DNA from: Takakia lepidozioides
Lineage: Eukaryota; Plantae; Bryophyta
Assembly: GCA_030704615.1 (NCBI GenBank)
Contig: CM060731.1
Location: 2,108,001-2,172,000 of the forward strand
DNA: 64,000 bases
Direction: 5' to 3'
Of this stretch, positions 1 to 12,923 are shown in pieces. Numbering within the stretch: the stretch's first letter is position 1; every line of letters starts with the position of its first letter. The translations under genes were made by a program, and so were the position numbers. The notes beneath the pieces are model-generated. The model was not told the origin of the DNA, did no database searches, and saw only the letters and a program-made list of their open reading frames with translations.

Positions 1-3
1 CCT

Positions 4-2124
4 GTGCTGATTAACCCTCACTGGCATGTACTATTTCACGTTCACTGCGATGCATCAGGAGAAGCGTTGGGAGCGGTGTTAGCCCAGAATGTTACAGGAA
101 ATATAGATTCACCTGTGTACTATGCTAGCAGGTTGATGAACAGTGCTGAAAGGAACTATAGCACAACTGAAAGAGAAGCACTGGCAATGATTTATGCAGT
201 CAAGAAATTCAGGCATTACCTATTGGGAAGAAAGTTTATGTTTTATGTGGATCACCAGGCTCTGATATATCTGGTGAACAAACCTTTGATAAGTGGAAGG
301 ATAGTGAGGTGGTTGATAATCTTGCATGAGTTTGAGTTCGAAGTTATTTACAAGCCTGGCCGTTTGCATCTTGTGGCAGATCATTTGTCACGACTAACAA
401 CAGGAGAGGCTGCCACAGGAGTGGACGATCAGTTACCTGATGCGAGTTTATTTGTAATGGAGGTGCAAGGAAGTGCAGATGAATGGTTAGATTGGCAGTG
501 GCCAATCAGATACTACCTTACTCATGGTCAATGCCCACCTAGTTATGGTAAGGAGCAGAGGAAGAGAATCGCTATCAAAGCTTTACCTTATACTATGGTA
601 GGAAGCAAAATGTATAAGCTAGGACCTGATGGAGTACTAAAACGATGTTTGTACCACCATGAAGTAAATAAAGTTTTGGAGGAAGTTCATAAAGGAGTGG
701 CTGGAGGTCATTTTGGAGAAGAGACTACCAGTAGGAAGCTACTACTCGCAGGTTACTGGTGGCCTACTTTGTTCAAAGATGTACACGAGTATTGTCAGAG
801 TTGTGATGAATGTCAGAGGCTAGGACCTTTGCAGAGATCTGGAAGGATGGCCTTGCATCCTACAATGCCTACGGAACCATTTCAGAAATGGGGACTAGAC
901 TTTGTTGGACCAATTAACCCACCAGCCAATAATACACGGAACAGGTACATAATTACAGCCACTGATTATACTACGAAATGGGTGGAAGCTAAAGCTTTGA
1001 GGGACAACACAGCCAAGTCCACAGCAAGGTTTCTATATGAGAACATACTTACACGATTTGGCTGTCCCTTAGAATTTATCAGTGATCAGGGAAGTCACTT
1101 CATTAATGAGACCATTGAATTATTGACTAAAGAATTCATGATTGTGCATAGGAAGAGTACAACATATTACCCACAGGGTAATGGACAGGCAGAGGCTACC
1201 AACAAAATACTATGTACTATCTTGGCTAAGATAGTCAATGCAAACAGAACGGATTGGGATACAAAGCTGTTGACAGCTTTGTGGTCATACATGACTTCAT
1301 ATAAAGTCACCACTAAATATACACCATTCCAATTAGTTTATGGTATGGAAGCCTTACTTCCAGTGGCATTCCTGTTACCTACCATGAGAACGGAGTGGGG
1401 AAAGAGAATGGAATTGCAAGATTCCATTAAGGTCAGGAAACATGAATTATACCATGTGGAAGAAGTACGTGCTGATGCAGCTGATAATATGACCAGAATT
1501 CAGATAAAGAGGAAGGAACAGTTTGATGAAGGCAAGTTAAAAACTTTTAAGACGGGAGATTTGGTTCTATGGTTGCAGAAAAAAGGAAAGATTAAAGCTT
1601 CTAAGCTTAAATCACCATGGAAAGGACCTTATGTCATACAAAAGATGTATGATAACAACACCGCCATGTTACAAACCATTAACAAAGAAATGCTGGGAAG
1701 AGTCAATGCCAATAAGTTGAAGGGGTACAGTGGTATCCATGATAAACCATTGCAGCATGATTTGCATGATGAAACGCAAGAGCAGTCACAGGCTGCACCA
1801 GTGTTACGAACGGAGTATGGAGCACTTGTCGCTAGGCCGAGCATATATGACCAGGGAGGGCAAAACAAACATGACACAGCCTATCACAGCCCATCAAGGC
1901 GAAACACAGCCTATCACAGCCAATCACAATGTGACACAGCCTATCACAGCCCATCACGACGTGACATAGCCTATCACAGCCCAACACGGTGCAACACAGC
2001 CTATCACAACCTACCACAGCGTATCACAGCGTATCACAGCTTACCACAGTGCATCACAGCCTATCACAGCGTACCACAGTATGACACAGCCCAACACAGC
2101 CTACTAGGGTTACACAATCCATAG
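4..2124 (+). CDS. pol: Pol C-terminal part: RNase H, integrase (HHCC zinc finger, DDE core, GPY/F) and a repeat-derived tail
   Basis: CDASG..LGAVL, ERNYSTTEREALA, VADHLSR, H..GGHF...C..C, GLDFVGP, ISDQGSHF, GQAE..NK, WKGPY. Confidence 0.93.
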   Translation: MLINPHWHVLFHVHCDASGEALGAVLAQNVTGNIDSPVYYASRLMNSAERNYSTTEREALAMIYAVKKFRHYLLGRKFMFYVDHQALIYLVNKPLISGRIVRWLIILHEFEFEVIYKPGRLHLVADHLSRLTTGEAATGVDDQLPDASLFVMEVQGSADEWLDWQWPIRYYLTHGQCPPSYGKEQRKRIAIKALPYTMVGSKMYKLGPDGVLKRCLYHHEVNKVLEEVHKGVAGGHFGEETTSRKLLLAGYWWPTLFKDVHEYCQSCDECQRLGPLQRSGRMALHPTMPTEPFQKWGLDFVGPINPPANNTRNRYIITATDYTTKWVEAKALRDNTAKSTARFLYENILTRFGCPLEFISDQGSHFINETIELLTKEFMIVHRKSTTYYPQGNGQAEATNKILCTILAKIVNANRTDWDTKLLTALWSYMTSYKVTTKYTPFQLVYGMEALLPVAFLLPTMRTEWGKRMELQDSIKVRKHELYHVEEVRADAADNMTRIQIKRKEQFDEGKLKTFKTGDLVLWLQKKGKIKASKLKSPWKGPYVIQKMYDNNTAMLQTINKEMLGRVNANKLKGYSGIHDKPLQHDLHDETQEQSQAAPVLRTEYGALVARPSIYDQGGQNKHDTAYHSPSRRNTAYHSQSQCDTAYHSPSRRDIAYHSPTRCNTAYHNLPQRITAYHSLPQCITAYHSVPQYDTAQHSLLGLHNP
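1872..2101 (+). repeat. 30-bp tandem repeat (about 8 units built from CACAGC subunits) in the pol 3' end
   Basis: gacacagcctatcacagcccatcacgacgt-like units, translated as TAYHS.... decapeptides. Confidence 0.9.
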
Positions 2125-2597
2125 AATCAGTGACAGGTGGACGCACATTAACTTCAGGAAAATGGCCGACGGAAGAAAGGACGGAAACCAGTTTAAAAAT
2201 AGACACGTGGAAGTCAGGGGGCGACACACAGCTGAGAAGGAAGTGCAAGAACAGGTGTCATCAAGAAAGAAGACAAGAATGGCCGTCAAAGTACCTACTT
2301 AGCGCGTCAATTAGGATGAATGGCGGGCCCATTACTGAATACAGAAAAAGGGGAACGGAACAAACGGCAAGTACAGAAAAGCGAAATTCTTGTCATATGT
2401 GTAATCCTAGTGGACAGTCCAATAGGGAAAGTCCACTAAAGAACATTAAATCAAAAATCCAGTCACAGCGGTTACAGCCAATCAAAAGCCAGAGAAGGGA
2501 TCAAGAAATTGGAGGGGAATTAGGCGCAAGAGACGGCGTCGTTCTAAGTAACGGGCGTCGCGAAGGGACAAACCATCAATGCGATAGCTTTGAAGCT

Positions 2598-5500
2598 ATG
2601 GAGGAACTAACAGACTATACGCTTGCAATACTACTTACGCAGTGGCATAGGGATGAAACAACAGAGCGGATCTTTTCTCTTGAGCGATGCTTGCAAGCCC
2701 CACAGGCTTACAAGAAATTACCCATAGCTTTTTGTGGCAACCATACGTTTATGCTTTGTGCACTACAAGCATTTCTTCAGTTGTTACAGCCAAAACATTT
2801 CTGTGGGTCTAGAATGAAGAGAGTGAGAGGAATGGAGGAAATCAGGGTGAAGAGCACCACAATCCTGCAGAAACAAACGATTGCTACTCCACAGGCAGTA
2901 CAGATACTAAAGGAGCTGAGATTGCAAGGATTGCAAAGCATAGATTGGACATTGCACCATAGACAGTACATGTTACAATTCTTGCAGAACTTTGAGCCAA
3001 GGACAGGAACAACAACGGTGAAGGGAGTTGAATTAGTAATTACTCCCCTATACCTCCAGCAATTGTTTCGATTGCCAGCAGGTCAGGTGCATGTGGAGGA
3101 GCACAGGGCAAGACTGCAAATAGGGGACTTATTCCAAGAAGGGAGTTTCTTTAAAACTCAGGGTTATGCTTGTACCAAGGCCGTGTACCCAGGGCTAAAG
3201 GAGGTAGGCCAGGTATTGAACGTTCTGATTGCCATGAAACAGAACCAACAGTATTTGAGCAGATCCTTCACGGAGGAAATACTCAAAGCCCTGAAAGGAC
3301 AAGAGGTAGAATGGGCGGACATAATGTACAACGCACTGGTAGAGGAGATGAAAAGATTACAAGGTACTATCGCAAAGTCTCCTATCATAGTGTCTGGCCC
3401 AATCATTGCTCAAATAATTCTTGATTCTGGCATACTTGATGCGCAAGAAAGAAAGGAGATGGGAGTGTTTGAGCCAGAAACCACTGCAATGGAAGAGCAA
3501 GGCTCTTCACACAGTGAGGGTGGACTAGCAGGGCAACCGAGACTAAGAGGCAGAGACGGGGAAAAACTGTAGTCGTGGATCCACTGGCTTCACGGATTCC
3601 GCATGATAATGTTTCCAAGCTCATGTGCAGGAAGGGGCACAGCAGCACAGAGAACTGCTATTACTGGAAGCAGGACCTTCAGAAAGGGAGGAGGAAGTTA
3701 CTTCAGTATCACAACCATCACAGCCAGCTGATCGGCTTGTCACAAGGTTACAAGTTGTCCATGCAGCTCAACCAGAAATAATTGATTTGGAAAAAGAAGG
3801 GTTAGATATTCCAACTACAGAACAGATAGTGGCAGAAATTGAGAAGGGGGACCTTCTCTATGAATATTCTGGTCTGGTCAAGGAGACAGAGATTCCAGAG
3901 GTGCAACAGTTGCCCAAGGGAAATCCTGAGGTGCATATAATACACACACCTGTGGCGGAGGTACCACAGGTAGAATGTCAAGACACTGCAGCACCGGTGA
4001 TGGATGATGTGGTTCAGGAAGAAAATCCGGTGGGACAATGGCCTGAATGGTTCGTGAGACATCACACGGTTGAGGATCAGGAGGAACAGCAGCAACCTCA
4101 CCATGATGACCCTCAACAGGCAATGCTGATGAGTTCCATAGGCAGGACACTTAATTTGTTGGGGACTTATGTCAAATCCCATATTCCAACTACCCAATTG
4201 ACAGCCTTGAGAGAGGAACTCAGGAAGGAGTTTGAGGCTCGACTAGCCACTGAGTGTGCAAACAAGGTCGATGAGGAGGTCACTCTCAAGATGTAGCAGG
4301 ACTTGGAAAATACAGAAGCGGCTCTGCAATTGGCCAAGGAACAATTGATTGAGGCATGTCTCGCACAAGACCAGTTGCACGAAGCACATAAGCAACAGCT
4401 ATACCAAATGCAGGTGAAGCATGAAAGCAAGTTGCAACAAGTAAATGCACTACATACGGAGTTGCAGACAGTGCATGACAGGATGGCCATCCAATGTGCT
4501 ACACTCACAACTATGCTTGACCAATCTACAATAGAAATAAACAGTCAAGCGGAAAAAAGTATGAAGGCAGAAGCAGAGAATGTTGAGCAAATGAAACTCA
4601 TTGTCGACATGAAGAATACAATCTGTTGCAATGAGGATACTTTCAAGCAATACAGGCAGGTTGAAGCTGACCAAGAGAGGCACATCCTGGAGTTGCAACA
4701 AACGGTCATGGCCAATAGAAATGAACTCTCTGTGGCTAACAAAGCTTGGAAGGAAGCCAATAATCTGGCTGCTGCCTATGCGAATTTGGTTGAACCTCAT
4801 GCAAAGCGTATGGAGGCTTTACAACAGCAGTTAGATGTGTACAAACAAAGAGAGGAGCACACTCTCAGAGGAACCACAAGCAACTTGGTGGATAACCACC
4901 TTATGCAGGTCTGGTTAGCACAAGGGCCAGTGGAGGGCAAAGCACCACGAAAGCTCACCCAAAGCGAGATGAATGAGCTCAGGCTGCAAGTGTAGAACAT
5001 TGCCACAACCACTATAGACAATGTCTATAGTAGGATAGCAGAGTTACAGGAGGATATAGACGGCCTGCAGACTCAAGTGGAGGACCTCACTTCAAATATC
5101 GACAAGAGAGTCTGTGTACCTGATGAACAGCTAATGGCTTCTTATTTAAAAGCGAGAACTTTAGCTTTTCAGTCTTCTTCACAGGAGGTGCAGGAGATGC
5201 CAATGGTATAAGAGCCAGTGCCACCAACATCACAACAAGTCACTGTGCCAATAGCTGACCCTGTTGTTACTACAACTACACCATAGCCACCACAGTCTGA
5301 GGTATGGGGCAATGCTGCTTTTAGCCCACCTAAAACTCCAGCTGCAAGGGAGTACAGTAGGGCTATGATTCTGCCCTTCAACCAAATTCCATCATGTTGG
5401 ATTTGGCTTGGAAAGAATTTAGTCCTCCGCAGTCATTCGCACATTACTACCAAATCATGCGTATTTGGCTGCCAGTGGCAACTAGGACTAAAGTTCTTCC

Positions 5501-6365
5501 GAACAATCGACCAATTGAAGATCATCACTTTGCACAATACTGGCATGAGGCAGGTACAATGTTGAGGGAATTAATTGCCTTCCAAGTTGTACATGGATTC
5601 ATTTATACCAAGACCAAGGAGGTAGCGAGTATTGTCATGGGATGTGGATTATACTATGCTGCTTGTTTTCTGGTACGTTATCACATTGAGCAGCAAAAGA
5701 TGCAAGCGCGCTTTCTGAGTTATTCCAGTGGGGATCATTGGGTCTTACCTTCAGTGCCACCTCATATGTACCTATATGAGCCAAAAGTTATGATGCAAAA
5801 CGATTCTCAAATTCGTTCATGGTTTCAGGCAGCCTGGAACAATTTGTCAACACAGAAATTCGGCATTGATGATATTTTCTCTAAGGCACATGTGGCATGG
5901 AAATACTTGAACAAGTCACAAGTCATTAGTACCCCACTCACCTGGACAGACAAGGAGCTCAGTGTCTTCACCAATTTTGCAGTTCAGCGTTTATACCAAG
6001 TTTTAAAATATAAACTTCCAGACATGGTAGGACAACATTGTATGCCCCAAAGGATTCCACCAAAAGTTCGACAACCAAAACACCTGAGAGGCGATGAGGA
6101 TTCTGATACAACTGTTTCTTCGAGGGATTCTTTTGACATGGGAGAAGACTATGCAATTCAGATGGAAGAAAAGAAGCGACGGGGGTCTCCTATGCCTGAA
6201 AGATTACCTCGATATCAGCCTCCAGAGGGCCTTACATATCCAGGTAGTGTTCAATCATCTCCGTCAACCAGTGGCAGACCTCGGGCTCGCACACAAAGTC
6301 CTTCACAAGACTCTCAACGTCAGAAGGGTGCTCACTCACAAAGGTTTGCTAAACCCAAACAGTAA
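2598..6365 (+). pseudogene. Large additional sense ORF between pol and PPT, broken by stops and frameshifts: plant-retrotransposon (Transposase_32/Athila-ORF-like) domain, coiled coil and C-terminal domain
   Basis: Chained ORFs 2130-3572, 3625-4296, 4303-4995 (same frame across TAG) and 5394-6365; motifs LQFLQNF...VKGVELVITP..LQQLFRLP and GQEVEWADIMY...SGPIIAQII; heptad-rich 4200-5100. Confidence 0.7.
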
Positions 6366-6404
6366 AACCGTGAGGACACGGCTTTTTGAGAGGGGAAGGG
6401 GTAA

Positions 6405-7212
6405 TGTTAGAGGACTGCCAGGGACTAGACATTTTTACGGGATCTGTATGGTACCCTTAATTTTTGCACAGACTGAGATCAACAGGAGCCTTAGGGGTGA
6501 CAGCAGCACACTGTAAAAGGGGGTTACACAGTCCATCACAGCCAACACAGCCCGTCACAGTCGTCACAGCCGACACAGCCATCACAGCCGTCACAGTCGT
6601 CACAGCCGACACAACCATCACAGCCAACACAGCCCGTCACAGCCGACACAGCCACACAGCCAAACACAGTCGCACAGCCAGTCACAGCCAGTCACAGTTT
6701 CACACAGCCAGTCACAGCTTGACACAGCTGTCACGACCATAGGGAACGGAGAGCAGGACAGGGAACGACTGTGGGGAAACAACACCTGCAAATGGAACAT
6801 GTTAGTTCACGGACGACGGTTAGTGAGGAAAACGGTTAGAGCCACGGGTAGGAAGATAAAGGGAGAAGCATGGAGAGCACGGGGGGATGAATCTTGGAAG
6901 GATTGGAGGGGGAGAATTTTTGGTCATGGAGGAGAGGGGATCGGGCGGAGAGCAAGAACAAAAGCAAGCATGGAGAGCACAGGGAAGGAGGAGAGATGAT
7001 TAGTAAATGCTTGTTATATGCAAAGCTGTAGTGATATTGTAGAGGAGATTAGAGACACAATGGCTTCGGCCTGATACCTGATAAATCATAATCTGATACT
7101 GATACGATACAATCACACTGTGTAGAGAGATCTGAGTGAAGCTGTGGAATGAATGGATGAGTTGATGAGCAAACTGATACTCAATTATCAATAATAAGGT
7201 AGCTAGCTAACA
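6405..7212 (+). repeat. 3' LTR (808 bp) with an internal CACAGC-rich minisatellite at ~6526-6735
   Basis: Starts TGTTAG 3 bp after the PPT and ends CTAACA (6-bp inverted termini). Confidence 0.88.
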
Positions 7213-7377
7213 TGAATGCGGAAAGGAAAACAAATAGGAAACACCCCCATGATACACTAGCTGTAGGTCATGACTGATTGTTCTGAGCGGGCTGAGTACT
7301 TAGAGATTTCCAACTCTTCTATTTTGGAGTTTCCGCCTCGGATAGCGAAGGGATGGGTGAGTAAAAGCCCCGCGACA
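7213..7377. mobile_element. Terminal fragment of another LTR (ends ...CCCCGCGACA) inserted just past the chromovirus PPT and itself interrupted by the first element
   Basis: Homology to the chromovirus copy at ~50424-50470 stops exactly at cgcgaca|attcc; CA terminus. Confidence 0.55.
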
Positions 7378-7445
7378 ATTCCTAAGCTAGCTAAGCCGGG
7401 CTAAGCATGCATTTCCTCCCCCACGCTCCAAGGTTGATGTCCCCA

Positions 7446-10400
7446 TCAACGCTTCTTCCGCTTTTGAGGTCGCCCTTTGAAAACTGCAACCGCCTCGGAT
7501 GCGTTTCCCATTTCTGAGGCACGCACCCAAGATGCCTCTACCTGATAATAGCCCTTCCATTTGACGAGATACTCCATTTCTCGGTTCTTGAACCTCCTCG
7601 ACTTAAGTATTGCCTCCACCTCGTACTCAGGTTCATTTTCATGATCCAACAGCATAGGTGGCGGACGCAACACTTGATGCCGATTCGGACGCACTTCGTC
7701 TTTGAAGTAAGGCTTCAAAAGGGAGACATGGAATACTGGGTGCACCTTGCTGTTTGCCGGCAGCTCCAATTCATACACATCCTCATTCATGACCTTCCGA
7801 ATGCGAAAGGGTCCCGCATATGGAGGTACGAACTTCGGACTCACTTCCGGAGGTAGTCGGAAATTCTTGATGTTCAACCAGACCTCCGTGCCTGCCTCAA
7901 ACTTCACTTCCCTCCGCTTCCGATTTGCGTGCCTTTCATACCGTTTCCTAGCTTTGGCAATGTTGTACTTTACGAGCTTCAACAAACGCTCGCGTTCTTC
8001 TAGTACCTCCGCTACTGCCGGTTCCTCAACGTCCTGGGCGGCCCAACTTGTCGGCACCAGAGGTGCTTTTCCATAGACCAATACGAAAGGGGAAACTCCC
8101 GTTGCGGAGTGTTTTGTGTTATTATAACAGAACTCTGCCGCGTCTAAGTGTTCCATCCAGTCTGATTGGTCTGCCAACACGTAATTCCGCAAGAATTGCT
8201 TCACTACGGAATTCACTCTTTCCGTTTGGCCGTCCGTCGTAGGTCGGAATGCGGTGCTCATCTTCAGCCTCGTCCTCATCTTCTTCCAAAGTGTCCTCCA
8301 AAATTTACTGGTAAACTTTGGATCGCGGTCCGAGACAATATCCTTCGGGACTCCATGATGCTTTAAGACGTGGGCAAAGTAAAGTCGCCCTGTCTCCTGC
8401 GCCATTGCCGTCTCCTTGGTGGGGATGAAATGGCCCATTTTACTGAACCTATCCACCACCACCATGATTGCATCGAATCCTTTTGACAGCGGCATAGCAG
8501 TCATGAAATCCATCGAGACGCTTTCCCAAGTCCCCTCTGGAATCGGCAAGGGTTGTAACAGCCCCGCTTGCTTTTTGTACTCGCTCCGGTTTTGTTGGCA
8601 TGTGGTGCATGTCTTGACATACTCCTCTGCCTCCTCCCTCAGTTTGGGCCAGAAATACTCTTTCTTCAAGAGTGCCACAGTGCGCTTGGCTCCGCCGTGG
8701 CCCGCAAGCGGGCTATCATGGCATTCTCTCAAGAGACTATCCCTGATCCCTCCCTTCGGCACGTAGAGACGCTTTTGCTTATACCGGAGCAGTCCATTTT
8801 GCAAGTGGAACTGCGATTTAACCCCCATCCTCAAGTCATGCATCACGGACTTCGCAAGCTCATCCTTCCGGCAAGCCTTCCGGATCTTCCTTTGGAGCGC
8901 CGTCTCGCCCCTGTGCACCAACAAGAGCTGCTGCTTTCTACTTAAAGCATCGGCTACCACGTTGTCTCATCCCGGTTTGTACTGGATATCCACGTCGAAC
9001 ACTGCCAAAGTATCTTGCCACCTAAGTTGTTTTGGGGACAACTTGGGCTGCGTGGCAAAATACTTCACCGTGACATTGTCCGTGAACACCTTCACTGGGT
9101 TGGAACCAACATAGTGGCGCCAGAGCTCAAGGCAATGCACCACCGCCTTCATCTCTTTTTCGTGCGTCGGCCACCGTCGCTCCACTTCATTCAGTTTCTT
9201 ACTTTCGTAAGCCACTGGACGTCCATCTTGCATAAGTACACCCCCAATCGCGAAGTCTGATGCATCTGTATGAATCTCAAACGGACCATCGAACTCGAGG
9301 ATTTTCAAGACTGCAGCTTCCGCCATCCGCTGCTTCAATTCAGCAAAAGCTTGGCCACAAAAAGTGTTCCATGCCCAGACTTTGGATTTACACAGACGGT
9401 CGGACAACGGCCCCGCGATCTTGGCGAAATTTCTTACATACTTCCGGTAATAGGAGGCGAGTCCTAGGAAGGATCGCACTCCCGGGACCAAAGTCGGAGG
9501 CTCCCAGTCCAAGATCGCCCTCACCTTTCTGTCATCCATTTTGATCCCATCCTGTGTAATCACATGCCCCAAGAACTCCACTTTCGTGACCCCGAATTCA
9601 CACTTTGAAGCTTTGGCGTACAGTTTCCCTTCCCGCAACTTTTGGAACACCCTTTTGAGGTGCTCCAGGTGCTCCTCCTTTGTTTTCGAGTACACCAAGA
9701 TGTCGTCGATGTACACGATCACAAAGTCATCCAACCACTCCTGAAAAAGGCTGTTCATTAGCGTGCTAAAGGTCGCAGGTGCATTGGTGAGCCCAAAAGG
9801 CATCACCAAGAACTCATATGAACCATACCTTGTCCTCCTCATCTCCTTCCGCCACCCGAATTTGATGATAGCCGGAGCGCAAGTCGATCCGGCTGAAATA
9901 CTTCGCTCCTGCCAACCGATCGAAGAGGTCGTCGATCCTTGGCAAAGGGTACCGGTTTTTGATAGTCACCTTATTCAGAGCCCTGTAATCGACACACATC
10001 CGCAGCGTCCCATCCTTCTTGTCTGCGAATAGCACCGGGGCTCCGTAAGGTGACTTACTCGGCCGGATGTACCCCTTTGACATTAGATCCTTGAGTTGAG
10101 TCTTCAGCTCGACCAACTCTCTGTGGCTCAACCGGTAGGGCGCCTTGGCAGGCGGTTCCGATCCCGGTATCACCTCAATCTTGTGGTCAACTCCTCTTCG
10201 CGGTGGCAAGCCGTTTGGCAAATCCTCCGGCATCACATCATGGTATTTCTCCAAAATCCCCTTGATCCAATCTGGGCTCGGCTCTCCATCGCCTTCTCCC
10301 TTCACTTCTCTAATGTAGAGCAAAAACTGGGGCTCGTGTGCCTCCTCCACGGCCCACTCCCTTGCTGATAGAAGGTTTATTCGCCCTCCCACGGGTTTGG

Positions 10401-10505
10401 GCGTTTCCGAAACTCGTAAGACCTCGCCACCATTCCAACATGGCAGCGTGACTACCCTCTTGCGGCCATCTATGACCGCTCCGGATTTGCTCAAAAAGGT
10501 CATTC
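7446..10505 (-). pseudogene. pol: Chromovirus (Tcn1-like) Ty3/gypsy pol: partial protease, RT, RNase H, integrase and chromodomain; 5'-truncated
   Basis: [49 protein letters not shown]...YLVKWKGY; frameshift at ~9838 and CGA>TGA at 8967 relative to the copy at 50.5-54.1 kb; PPT-like tract at ~7412-7424. Confidence 0.93.
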
Positions 10506-10514
10506 TTTGTTTTC

Positions 10515-10960
10515 AGTTCTCTTCTCTATCCTCTTTGCTTTGGGTGTCTTCAAGTTTTAAATACACTTGTGAATAGATACAAAACATAGTTTATGAACAT
10601 TAATCTATGATTCCACTAGGATTGTATAACTACATATATGTGTATTCTTGGATAATGGAATTTAATACACGAGGTAGTTTAGGGTTTATCTCCACTTCAT
10701 AGTGTCTTGTTTTTTGAAGCATTGAAGTTCTATGTTTTAAGTTCTCTTCTCTATCCTCTTTAAATACACTTGTAAATAGATACAAACCTAGTTTATGAAC
10801 ATTAATCTATGATTCCACTAGGATTGTATATTAAGTCAAATGTGACAAGTATTAGTTTAGGGTTGAGGGTTTAGGGTTCGCATTGGGTATAGTCTTGGAT
10901 AGTGGAATTCAATACACAAGGTAGTTTAGAGTTTATGTCCACGTCATTGTGTCTTGTTTT
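10515..10960. repeat. Degenerate ~225-bp tandem duplication, AT-rich, with TTTAGGG-like motifs
   Basis: taaatacacttgt...tagtttatgaacattaatctatgattccactaggattgtata at ~10558 and ~10761. Confidence 0.8.
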
Positions 10961-11199
10961 TTAAATTTGTCTTTGGTGAAGCTCACACTTCACAAGTTGT
11001 TTGATTGTTTTATGTTTCTTCTTTCTTCTTTGGGTTTCTCCTCTTTGTTTACCCTTCATTATAAGTGAATTTAGTATGACCCGAGATTTAATGTACAACT
11101 ATATATGATTGATAAGATTTGAGTTTAATTTTGTGGTATGTTTGGGGTATGGAGGGGGGTCCCGACATTGGATGCTTCACTTGACCGAGGTTTAGATTC

Positions 11200-12080
11200 A
11201 TGGCACCTCGCGCCAAAAAATGGAAACGAAGAACTGAAAATGAGAAGTGGATAAGGAGATAGAAAGCGGCTACAGAAAATGAGGTAAATGCAAGGCGGAA
11301 TGCTTTGAAGCGCATTGACGAAAAACTTGACATTAAGTTTGAGAGGGAGAGAGAGAGGATTGGGAACCAGGTGACATGAGGGCAGATATACAAGCTTGCC
11401 ATTTGGTGATGGCTATGCGTGCGGGTTTTGTGAATTGTTTGAAGGGAGTTCGTACCAAACATCATCATATGTTGGTGTCTCCCCTCAATATGCATGACCA
11501 TTGGTTGACCACATTGATTCGCACGGGCTTCGCCCACTACCAACAGTCTCTTGCAAACGTGGAGGAACAAGAGTCATTGAATGCCACCATCGACATCTTC
11601 AGTGGTATGTAAACTATTTTTGAGCTCATCATCAATTCATGTGTTGGTGTTGATTGATCGTTTATTTAGGCTCATCATTTGTTTGTTAGTTATATCTTGA
11701 CTTTTTTTGTCTACAGAGGACGGTTGGGAGGACGGCTTGGATGATCGAGCAGGCGCGCTTGGGCTTCTCCTCGAAGCCAACGATTACTTGTATGCGAAGC
11801 TTTTGTGGGAAAACAAAGAAGAGTGGATGAAAGAAATGAGATGACTAAAAGTAGGAAAATGGACTTTGATGCACCCTCGCAAAGTACGTGAGGCACAGGA
11901 GCGGGCTAGAAAGAGAGTGCATGAGGGAGAAAGAATAGAAGAGGTAGAATGGGAGATTGTCCCGGAGGAGAGAAATACAAGAGGAGATAAATGAGGAAAT
12001 AGAGGAAAGAGAGGAAGGGGAGGAAAGCGAGCAAGGGGAGAAAGTTCAAGAGGAAATGGTTCCAAGAAAGTTTAGATGAT
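11200..12080 (+). pseudogene. Decayed spliced gene of unknown function, convergent with the MULE-like ORF
   Basis: ATG at 11200; GT..AG intron 11605-11716 joins DIFS|EDGWEDGLDD in frame; E/K/R-rich tail; several stops. Confidence 0.5.
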
Positions 12081-12923
12081 GAGACATTTATTTGTGAACA
12101 GACGATTGTGCGAATTCGAAACACTTGCATGAATATATGAAATCATGTTGCAATGCTAGTATATTGTATGTCACGTGATACTCAAATCAATTCCACAAAT
12201 GTTTGAATGTATAATGTAATATATTTAGGTCTTATGTGGTTGTACATAAATATAACTACATATGTATAATAATATGATTACACATTCTGCCATACACATA
12301 AGAAAAAATGTATATAACTTAGTTTGGAAGTGTTATATAAGTTAGTTAATATTGTCTAAAGATTCCATGGTTTGGATCATATTTATAAAAGTGTATGGCT
12401 CTTCTTCATATTCATTGACACTTACACTTGCTATGTTTACACATCCCACCATACACATAAGAGAAAATGTATATAAATTTGTTTGGAAGTGTTGTATAAG
12501 TTAGTCAATATTGTTTCAAACTTCTATGGTTTGGGACATATTCATAAAAGTATATGGTTCATCTTCATGTTCATTGACACTCATACTTGCACTCATCTTT
12601 AGATTTATGGATTATGCAACTTGGATATGACACTTTCATAGACCCATACATACATCTTCCATCCATAATGTATCGCATTTTTAGAGATATATGGCCCACA
12701 TGATCAACTATTGAGCTACAAATATATATATATATTGAATAAGGAGAAAGAAGATGTACAAACAAAAATGTGCAAGGCTAAACGTTAATCATATGTATAT
12801 GGTCATTTCTTGCGAGTTGTTGATAGTGAATATCAACATACAATGAAGTGCAAAAAATAATGTCACTTCAAATATGTGATCACGTAACATTTGCCAAAAC
12901 ATTAAATGAAAGTGTAGTCATGT

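Larger units (their letters stand above)
1..7212 (+). mobile_element. Ty3/gypsy non-chromovirus LTR retrotransposon, 3' part (pol, extra ORF, PPT, 3' LTR); 5' part lies outside the window
   Basis: RNase H-integrase order with GPY/F motif; PPT gagaggggaagggg at 6388-6401; LTR TGTTAG...CTAACA at 6405-7212. Confidence 0.93.

Noticed and set aside
2598-6365. Retroviral env gene
   Set aside because: No clear signal peptide or transmembrane anchor; treated as an additional ORF of unknown function
10855-10880. Interstitial telomere (also 14668, 27733, 33710 and 36142)
   Set aside because: Only 2-3 imperfect TTTAGGG units; better explained as telo-box-like promoter motifs
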